Shown piece after piece: positions 19,648 to 25,980 of a stretch of DNA of 38,817 nt (the stretch's first letter is position 1; every line of letters begins with the position of its first letter). The position numbers and the translations under genes were made by a program. Source of the DNA: a virus (lineage: Duplodnaviria > Caudoviricetes); IMG/VR virus record IMGVR_UViG_3300029319_000153, positions 1 to 38,817 of that record; one strand, 5' to 3'. The notes under the pieces were generated by a model. The model was not told the DNA's origin and made no database searches. It saw only the letters and a program-made list of their open reading frames with translations.

Positions 19648-20038
19648 GATAGAGAAAAAGTACTCAGCGCTGTGAGAACTACCATAGGTTCTACAAGGGG
19701 CGGTCATCGGCCATTGGCGCTAGCTCTATCTGCTAGCTCTTTTTCTAAAGTAACGAACAGGGCGGGTAGCATACACTCTATCACGTACAGTGCTAGCCAC
19801 AATCCTGGAGCATTGCGTCTGGCACTACTGTTCCACAGACGGCTCAAGAACCACATGGCTAGGTTCTTAAGAATCTCCTAGCTATCTCTCTCTGATGGAC
19901 GAAGATTATCACAACCAGGGGCAGTCAACCCGTAAAGGGTCAGAACTATGTTCTGTCGTGCAGGTTTCAGCCTGACCCGATGACAGGTGCTATGCACTTG
20001 TGATAAGAGTCCAAATTGGTAGAGAGATTTTCTCTATC
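19648..20038 (+). ncRNA. Putative large structured RNA, domain A (391 nt), with kink-turn and four-way junction
   Basis: Closing stem GATAGAGAAAA (19648-58)/TTTTCTCTATC (20028-38). Nested stems 19884-91/20021-28, 19896-900/20009-13 and 19906-14/19998-20006. K-turn C-GAA-GA opposite GA. G-U pairs favour the + strand. Confidence 0.65.
19687..19701. repeat. 15-bp inverted repeat, left arm
   Basis: GGTTCTACAAGGGGC is the exact reverse complement of 20866-20880. Confidence 0.9.
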
Positions 20039-20063
20039 GAAAGAAGTAAGTGAAAGGAACATT

Positions 20064-20561
20064 ATGACTTACGAAGAAACAACTAACACACTATACAGAC
20101 AAGGTTTTCAGCCTAAGAATACATTGAAAGACTTGGTTGGCGACAGGGCATCTAGCCTAATCGCACCTACTTTACAAAATGTAGATACTGGGCTGAAGTC
20201 CACATCTAAGCCAAGGGGTGAAGAACTCACTAGGATAACTAATCCGCAAAATGCGTATCTTCAACCGTTGGCAAATCCAGTGGAACTTGTCTGTGAAGCA
20301 ACAAGTGAGAAGCTTGGCGAAGTTACTAAAGTAGTAGCTAAGGCTGTAATTCTCATTAAAGACCAAGACACAGGCAAGTTACACGTTGCCAGTGCAAGAT
20401 ACACAGGCGTTGACAAACAAGCCAAGACTGTCTTTAAGAAAGCAGAACATGGAATTCAGAACTTTACGAATTACATGGGCTTTCATAAGTCACCTTTGCT
20501 TTGGAGTCTTGGCGCTGAGTTTGTCATGCCAGAAATCCAGCAACAGGAAGTTGGTAACTAA
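20064..20561 (+). CDS. First rightward gene, orphan protein (165 aa, start reassigned to 20064)
   Basis: AAAGGAAC RBS then ATG (MTYEETTN...); no family recognised. Confidence 0.8.
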   Translation: MTYEETTNTLYRQGFQPKNTLKDLVGDRASSLIAPTLQNVDTGLKSTSKPRGEELTRITNPQNAYLQPLANPVELVCEATSEKLGEVTKVVAKAVILIKDQDTGKLHVASARYTGVDKQAKTVFKKAEHGIQNFTNYMGFHKSPLLWSLGAEFVMPEIQQQEVGN

Positions 20562-20642
20562 TGGTGGATCGCAAGAAACACTATAGATTACTAACTCTTG
20601 TGTGGTTGCACATTGCGTTGCATACCAAGGAAGGATACTTAA

Positions 20643-20726
20643 ATGACTTACGATGACTACTATTGGACTTGGGCGGATGATTTGGAGTTTTTAGTTGAAG
20701 ACTTCATAACTGGCGAACTTATGTAA
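20643..20726 (+). CDS. 27-aa acidic/aromatic peptide MTYDDYYWTWADDLEFLVEDFITGELM
   Basis: GGAAGGA RBS; stop just before a terminator; first 11 nt (ATGACTTACGA) identical to those of the 20064 gene. Confidence 0.55.
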   Translation: MTYDDYYWTWADDLEFLVEDFITGELM

Positions 20727-20732
20727 GCCAGC

Positions 20733-20771
20733 TAGGGGATGTACCTGAAAAGGTATGTCCCCTAATTTTTT
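20733..20771 (+). terminator. Intrinsic terminator
   Basis: 14-bp stem TAGGGGATGTACCT/AGGTATGTCCCCTA with two G-U pairs, GAAA loop, then A-T6. Confidence 0.85.
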
Positions 20772-20779
20772 GATCATTC

Positions 20780-21059
20780 TGCCTAGGGGTTCTTACCCCT
20801 AGGTAACCCCAGTTCTGGCACTTGGGTGCCAGAAAGTTCTAAAAAGTAGACTGGTCTACTTTTATGCCCCTTGTAGAACCATGCGTGAATCTTTGATTCG
20901 CGATGGAGCCTGGGGCTGGCATACACGAATAAAGACAACGACAGGATTGTTCATGATTTACACGAACTGATAAACATTAGGTTGATGAGTAACACTTAGT
21001 GAAGAACTTAACCACATCCCGTTAATGTTGTAAAGCTGCTCTACGAACGTGGCCCCAGG
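20780..21059 (+). ncRNA. Putative structured RNA, domain B
   Basis: Hairpins 20780-20805, 20813-34, 20842-63 (inside 20836-41/20874-79) and 20880-20905, the last three closed by CCCCAG (20807-12)/CTGGGG (20910-15). A further extended stem spans 20957-21034. Confidence 0.55.
20866..20880. repeat. 15-bp inverted repeat, right arm
   Basis: GCCCCTTGTAGAACC is the reverse complement of 19687-19701. Confidence 0.9.
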
Positions 21060-21090
21060 GGAAGTTCCAGGGAAAGTTCAAGGGAAGTTC
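21056..21090 (+). repeat. Three tandem 11-12 bp direct repeats
   Basis: CAGGGGAAGTTC, CAGGGAAAGTTC, AAGGGAAGTTC. Confidence 0.85.
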
Positions 21091-21131
21091 AATTACACAA
21101 TAACATGAAAATGCAGGCGCACATATAAGTA

Positions 21132-21188
21132 TTATCTCTTTTATAAAAGTTCTTTAGAGAAACTGAAAGAACTTTTAAAAAGAGATAA
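21132..21188 (+). promoter_or_regulatory. Long AT-rich hairpin abutting an RBS (RNase III site-like)
   Basis: 21132-42/21178-88 plus 21144-55/21166-77: 23 bp with one bulged A, no U-tract, followed directly by AGGAAAGGAAC. Confidence 0.6.
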
Positions 21189-21203
21189 AGGAAAGGAACA
21201 CTC

Positions 21204-21497
21204 ATGGAACAGCCTACTAGACCAACTCATGTCAACATTGACGGAGTTCTACACAAACTGATTAGTGTGTCTGATTACAACAAGATGCAAACAGATCGTA
21301 TCAAGTTGCAATTAGAGTACGACACTCATCAGCAAGACATTCGTGACAACATTGATTTATGTCGTGTTATCACTGGTGATGACAAGTCACCATACTTTGG
21401 CAAGGCTACTGAAACTATGCGTTGGGATAACGTACAAGACCCAGTAGAATACGCCGACACTTACTTAAAACCATACACAATAGTTCAGGAGGACTAA
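21204..21497 (+). CDS. Hypothetical early protein (97 aa)
   Basis: AAAGGAAC RBS; TAATG coupling to the next gene. Confidence 0.85.
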   Translation: MEQPTRPTHVNIDGVLHKLISVSDYNKMQTDRIKLQLEYDTHQQDIRDNIDLCRVITGDDKSPYFGKATETMRWDNVQDPVEYADTYLKPYTIVQED

Positions 21498-21811
21498 TGA
21501 ACACAAGAAACATACGTTACGAACTACCAATGAACGAACCAATCGTTGTAGGTACCGATGACATCATCGTGGCTGGTAATGTTGTAGGTAGAGAAGACAT
21601 TATCGCAGTACCTAACGACAAGTACACAAGTGACATGGAAGAACTTGCTTTGCTTCGCAAAGAGAAAGACGCATGTCAGTCTGCAATCAGGGACATGGCT
21701 GATGACGACCAAGACGTTAGCATGTTTACGGAAGATGTTTGGTTTCCCGATGATGTTGACGTAAACTGGCAACCAGACGACAAAGACATAGAAAGTGTAT
21801 GGTACGAATAA
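21497..21811 (+). CDS. Highly acidic early protein (104 aa)
   Basis: AGGAGG RBS; Asp-rich C half with several Trp. Confidence 0.8.
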   Translation: MNTRNIRYELPMNEPIVVGTDDIIVAGNVVGREDIIAVPNDKYTSDMEELALLRKEKDACQSAIRDMADDDQDVSMFTEDVWFPDDVDVNWQPDDKDIESVWYE

Positions 21812-22113
21812 TGAGTAACACAATAGACAATTACGCAAAGTTTATAGGAACACAACAAGAAATACACAGAATCATAGGGTTCTTGATACAGAACGAAATT
21901 CCGTATTTAACGGGGAATGTAGTTGTGGGTGTAGACTCTAGCAACCATTTTGGTAAAGTGGTTCACGACTTAACTCTAAGGTTTGACACAGAAAACACTC
22001 CTGCTGACCTTCTCATGCGAGCTATCACGGATCTCTTTCCTGAGATTACACTCCAAGGGTGGTTTGCGTTTGATGGTGAGATAACCGAGTGGGAAGACGA
22101 GTTAGACTTATGA
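21811..22113 (+). CDS. YubB/DUF1281-like ferredoxin-fold protein (100 aa, start reassigned)
   Basis: TAATG coupling. LRFDTENTPADLLMRAITDLFPEI resembles the F.T.W.PP...L...FP signature; recalled similarity, not searched. Confidence 0.5.
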   Translation: MSNTIDNYAKFIGTQQEIHRIIGFLIQNEIPYLTGNVVVGVDSSNHFGKVVHDLTLRFDTENTPADLLMRAITDLFPEITLQGWFAFDGEITEWEDELDL

Positions 22114-22316
22114 GTAGAAGTTGGAGAGAATGGAGCAAACACACAAGCAAAACTCCACGTAAGTGGAACAGAAAAAATCGTAGGGGTAGTGCAGTGCATT
22201 GTTGCAAGTTACATCACGATTGGTATGCACGTGAGTTTGACGAGTTACGTGATTTACGTGAAGGCAAGAAAGAGCATTTACGAGAAATACAAGACGCTAT
22301 AAGGGGGAATTTATGA
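22110..22316 (+). CDS. Small basic hypothetical protein (68 aa)
   Basis: ATGA overlaps at both ends; fills the gap exactly. Confidence 0.65.
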   Translation: MSRSWREWSKHTSKTPRKWNRKNRRGSAVHCCKLHHDWYAREFDELRDLREGKKEHLREIQDAIRGNL

Positions 22317-22558
22317 GTTTTTATAGTAGTGGTGGTTGTGTTATCGGGCCAGAAGGCGAAGACAAGTACGGAAATATTATAAGACACAACTACGATCCTG
22401 ATAATACTGACGTGGAGATTTGTGTGATATGCTGTGAGATTATTCATGGCTATGGTCACAATCCGTATCCACTAGCAAATTTCGGGAAGTGCTGCACGAA
22501 TTGTAGCGCAAAAGTTCTGAAGTCTAGGCTTCAGAAGAAATGGGGTGCTGGACGTTAG
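22313..22558 (+). CDS. Small zinc-finger protein (81 aa)
   Basis: GGGGGA RBS; CVIC..GYGHNPYP..GKCCTNC motif. Confidence 0.75.
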   Translation: MSFYSSGGCVIGPEGEDKYGNIIRHNYDPDNTDVEICVICCEIIHGYGHNPYPLANFGKCCTNCSAKVLKSRLQKKWGAGR

Positions 22559-22590
22559 GTTCCTTTCTACCAGCATCCCTGCAACTAACA

Positions 22591-22623
22591 GACGCCCAGC
22601 CTTGTGCTGGGCGTTTTTATTTA
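22591..22623 (+). terminator. Intrinsic terminator
   Basis: GACGCCCAGC-cttgt-GCTGGGCGTT followed by TTTATTT. Confidence 0.85.
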
Positions 22624-22625
22624 TC

Positions 22626-22744
22626 GGGGAGTGAGCAGTATGATGATATGTGGCGTATCTTTGGTGTCAAACCCGAAAGGGGCTCACCATCTTAACAGGC
22701 GGCAACTGGAGCCGTCATGGAGAAGACATATCCCCTTGCTCCCC
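22626..22744 (+). ncRNA. Putative structured RNA, domain C (119 nt)
   Basis: GGGGAGTGAG/CTTGCTCCCC closing stem with tandem G-U; GATATGT/ACATATC; branches TGGTG..CCC-GAAA-GGG..CACCA and GGCGGC/GCCGTC. Confidence 0.6.
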
Positions 22745-22770
22745 ACTAAACAACACAGAAAGGAGGCGTT

Positions 22771-23106
22771 ATGCCTTACATACCAATGACTGAGCCCGAG
22801 AAACGTGCAATAGTCAAGCAAAAACTAGAGAAGTTGAACATACCAGTAGACAATGATGACACGTGGTTAGATGTTCAGATACTAGCAAAACAAAATGGCT
22901 TGGATATTACGCAGTTACTTAAGCCAGTTATACCTGACCACATGATGATGGACAAGAACAGCCAAATCAATCATGAGGTTCCTAAGCCTATCGAAGATAA
23001 AGACGTGGCTAAGGCACCTGAGCAACCTAAAAAGGTCGCTATGGGCTTTCAGCAAGACTCTGAAGCAAACCAAGACACTACTTCAGAAACAGGCTATTCA
23101 TTATAA
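22771..23106 (+). CDS. Hypothetical protein (111 aa)
   Basis: Strong AAAGGAGG RBS. Confidence 0.85.
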   Translation: MPYIPMTEPEKRAIVKQKLEKLNIPVDNDDTWLDVQILAKQNGLDITQLLKPVIPDHMMMDKNSQINHEVPKPIEDKDVAKAPEQPKKVAMGFQQDSEANQDTTSETGYSL

Positions 23107-23111
23107 ACAAT

Positions 23112-23129
23112 TTGTGATAAACTTCACAA
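23112..23129. promoter_or_regulatory. Palindromic operator of Rex/CRP type
   Basis: TTGTGA-TAAACT-TCACAA in a 37-nt intergenic gap. Confidence 0.5.
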
Positions 23130-23143
23130 GAGAGAGAGAAACA

Positions 23144-23308
23144 ATGGCAACTATTGGAGAACATCTGCACCACGTTGCAAGCAAGGCTGATGAGGCTCTA
23201 GCACGTGTAGAAGCAGAACCATTAAACGTAGCAGACTACATTGAAAGCAATGAATGGAAGTCTATACGAGAATACATTAAAAAAATTGCAAACAGAATAA
23301 ATGACTAA
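23144..23308 (+). CDS. Small helical hypothetical protein (54 aa, start reassigned)
   Basis: MATIGEHLHH...; purine-rich leader; fills the gap before the AAA gene. Confidence 0.65.
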   Translation: MATIGEHLHHVASKADEALARVEAEPLNVADYIESNEWKSIREYIKKIANRIND

Positions 23309-23319
23309 AGGGGGAACTT

Positions 23320-24135
23320 ATGTCACATATTAAATTTAATCCTGTAAGCGAAAGAAAACACGTAAACAGGTTCACCCAAGATGGTGAGAACATTATCAAA
23401 TGGCTTGGCATGGCTAAGCCTTACCTATCAATACTCATGGGTCCAGCTGGTTGTGGTAAGACGCAAGCAGTTGAGGAGTATATCAGGCGTAACAACCTGA
23501 AAGCAGAGCACGTAGCCTGCCACCCAGGACTTGAGGCAAACGACATTACAGGTGGTTATGTGCCAAGAGTTGGTCCAGAATCACAACCACTAATCGGATG
23601 GCAAGATGGTCCATACACAAGAGCAGCTAAAGAAGGTCGTGTGATGTTACTTGATGAGATTACAAGACTAAACCAGCAACACGTTGGTAAGCTTATGAGT
23701 TCGCTTGACGAAACAAGACTGCTTACAAACCCAGAGTCTGGTGAGCCTACTATCAAGATTCACAAAGACTTTCACGTGATTGCTACAGCAAACCCACCGG
23801 CAACTGGTTACAACACTGTTAACCTTGATGAAGCGTTGAAGTCAAGAGCAATGATTTACAAATTCATTGACAAACCATTGTGTGATGAGAGAGCAACTCT
23901 TATGGACATACTTGGTGGTGATCAAGCATATGTAGATGCGTTTATGAAGTGGGCAGAAGACTTGAGATCAGATGCAAGTACAGCAATATCCACAAGAGAT
24001 TTGTGTTACCTAGCCAAGATGGTTGGTAGGGGCTTTACTGCGATGGAAGCAATTGAATTAAATTACAAGGACAAAGTGTCTGACGACAAGAAAGGTGTCG
24101 TACTTACTGGTGCATCAGCACACTTTGAGAACTAG
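23320..24135 (+). CDS. MoxR-family AAA+ ATPase (CbbQ/NorQ/CobS-like, 271 aa)
   Basis: Walker A GPAGCGKT, WQDGP, Walker B LLDEI, IATANP, LDEALKSR. Confidence 0.92.
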   Translation: MSHIKFNPVSERKHVNRFTQDGENIIKWLGMAKPYLSILMGPAGCGKTQAVEEYIRRNNLKAEHVACHPGLEANDITGGYVPRVGPESQPLIGWQDGPYTRAAKEGRVMLLDEITRLNQQHVGKLMSSLDETRLLTNPESGEPTIKIHKDFHVIATANPPATGYNTVNLDEALKSRAMIYKFIDKPLCDERATLMDILGGDQAYVDAFMKWAEDLRSDASTAISTRDLCYLAKMVGRGFTAMEAIELNYKDKVSDDKKGVVLTGASAHFEN

Positions 24136-24143
24136 GGGGTTCT

Positions 24144-25979
24144 ATGCCAAACAACTTTCTTAAGAAAAGATACAAAAGTCCAAATGATTTGCGTAGAGAT
24201 CACAGAAACTTTACGAGCCATTTGGCAAAAGACATGCAAGTGTCATTCAACAACTTTGATGCTAACACAAACCTTGATACTGTGACTGGTATTAAAGTAG
24301 ATTGGCGACATAATCTTGAGATCATCAGACCAAAAGGTCGTTTGACTTTCAACTCAAACCTGTTGGCTGCTGGTCAGGTTAAGTTTTCCAACCACAGATT
24401 GTCAAGGAATGTGCGTCAAAACATAGTCAAAAGACTTATAGAAAAGCACGACAGCGAGCCATACGTTCATGACAGAATGAATGGTAAAGAATACATGGCT
24501 TATGATCAAGCTTGTCAAATCTATGATGCTGTGTACAACATCTTAGAAAATTATCGTACAGCTAAAAAATCGGCTGAGCATTTTGGTAGACCAAAGATGT
24601 TGAAAGATCACATCAAAGACGTAACTGCATCAAACACAGACTGTTGGGAAACTGAGATTGAATACCATGAGTATGATCAAAGTAAACAAAAATACCCATC
24701 ACAAAAGTGGGATGTCAAGTACAACATTTCGTGGTCTGAGCTTCGTAAGTGGATTTATGAGATCATTGGAGAGAGTGAGATCAAAGATCCGTTAGTGCAA
24801 AACATTGTGCACAAGCACAAACAATTGCTTAGAAACGCAAGCAGATCTACAAACAACACTTCACCAATACATGCAGCACTAACTGTTGCGTTGGACTTTG
24901 AGTCTAGTGTTCAAGAAGACTTAGCGAGTGGCCCTGGGCAAAGTCCTAACATTGAAGAAGATGAAAACTTTGATCCAAACTATCCAGACTACAATGGCAC
25001 GTTGCCAGCTAGTGAAGCAAAAGATGTAGAAGAAGATGCACAAGCTATCATGAAGAACGGTATTGATGATCACTTGAAAGAAGTGAATGCACAATTCAAA
25101 CAGCAAGGTCTTCCAGAGCAATCTGTTGATCCTGACGATGATCAAGACTTTGACAGATTGAGAGTTATGCAAGAAACCTACGACAACATGAAAAGACTTG
25201 ACGTAAAGTGTACTGGCAGTCTTCAAAAGCCTGAAGGCACGTTTCAAATGGCTACAAATGCCAACCTTGAAGGTGTTCAGCTTGACGAAGCCTTAGACAG
25301 AAACAACACAAAACTTGGCTCTAATGGTTTCAGGTTGTCAAGAAAATCTTGGCGATTGCCTTTTCTTGGAGATACAGACGTGTTTCACAAGCACCCAGCA
25401 ACAGCAGCTGAGATTATTACAATCATTGATGGCTCTGGTTCAATGGGCAGGGTTTTTCCTAAAACAGGACCAAAGGCTAAGCCTGACTACTATAGGGATC
25501 GTATCTTCCCAATGGAGCAAGCAGCAGAGATGGCACTTGCAATCAAGAAAAGATTTCCTGATTCTCATGCGTACATTTTTGGTGATCCATCAGGCAAAAG
25601 ACAAAGCAAGTATGATATTGCAGGCTTATATCCAATTGATGGTGATACATTTCCAGAGTTTCCAGCTAGTGGTACGCCATTGTGTGGCGCACTTAAAGCA
25701 TTGGAAAAGATACACAACTTAGATTCAGCAAGAATTATCATTGGCACAGATGGTGATGCTAACTGGTGTATGGGAGAAGACGCATACGAATGTGTTCATT
25801 CTGTGCTTGACAGCTGGAGAAACAAAGGTATCAGGGTTGCAACGTTGTACACTCCATACTATCCAAGTGAAGGCAAGGTACCTGGCTCGTTGCATGGTGA
25901 CATCACTGTCACATTAGATCCTGATACACCAATTACAAATCAAGACATCAAAGATGTCTTTAGTTTCATAGGGGGATAA
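24144..25979 (+). CDS. VWA-domain partner of the MoxR ATPase (CobT-like architecture, 611 aa)
   Basis: MIDAS DGSGS, GTPL and TDG; N-terminal YNILENYR; acidic linker; adjacent to the AAA gene. Confidence 0.85.
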   Translation: MPNNFLKKRYKSPNDLRRDHRNFTSHLAKDMQVSFNNFDANTNLDTVTGIKVDWRHNLEIIRPKGRLTFNSNLLAAGQVKFSNHRLSRNVRQNIVKRLIEKHDSEPYVHDRMNGKEYMAYDQACQIYDAVYNILENYRTAKKSAEHFGRPKMLKDHIKDVTASNTDCWETEIEYHEYDQSKQKYPSQKWDVKYNISWSELRKWIYEIIGESEIKDPLVQNIVHKHKQLLRNASRSTNNTSPIHAALTVALDFESSVQEDLASGPGQSPNIEEDENFDPNYPDYNGTLPASEAKDVEEDAQAIMKNGIDDHLKEVNAQFKQQGLPEQSVDPDDDQDFDRLRVMQETYDNMKRLDVKCTGSLQKPEGTFQMATNANLEGVQLDEALDRNNTKLGSNGFRLSRKSWRLPFLGDTDVFHKHPATAAEIITIIDGSGSMGRVFPKTGPKAKPDYYRDRIFPMEQAAEMALAIKKRFPDSHAYIFGDPSGKRQSKYDIAGLYPIDGDTFPEFPASGTPLCGALKALEKIHNLDSARIIIGTDGDANWCMGEDAYECVHSVLDSWRNKGIRVATLYTPYYPSEGKVPGSLHGDITVTLDPDTPITNQDIKDVFSFIGG

Positions 25980-25980
25980 T

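Noticed and set aside
19672-19881. 69-aa ORF from the track (and the 61-aa ORF 22604-22789)
   Set aside because: Non-ATG starts without an SD, lying over densely base-paired sequence.
19942-19954. Gram-positive/Chloroflexi LexA box (GAAC-N4-GTTC)
   Set aside because: The spacer is 3 nt, and the palindrome is explained as a junction arm.
19885-20028. Hammerhead ribozyme suggested by CTGATGG
   Set aside because: The core needs CUGANGA and GAAA with stem III; neither is correctly present. TTGATGAG at 20982 fails likewise.
19697-20040. tmRNA or tRNA-like gene starting GGGGCGG
   Set aside because: No matching acceptor stem, T-arm (GTTCRA) or CCA end, and no tag reading frame found.
20561-20656. 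31-aa ORF MVDRKKHYRLL... coupled by TAATG
   Set aside because: Weak RBS, overlaps the better-supported 27-aa ORF, and has no recognisable features; possible but unsupported.
19687-20880. IS/MITE, retron or invertible segment
   Set aside because: No transposase, reverse transcriptase or recombinase recognised and no target-site duplication seen. Kept only as an unexplained inverted repeat.
21076-21090. Alphaproteobacterial LexA box GTTC-N7-GTTC
   Set aside because: Arises from a longer triple repeat whose other spacing is N8; no supporting promoter or lysogeny genes.
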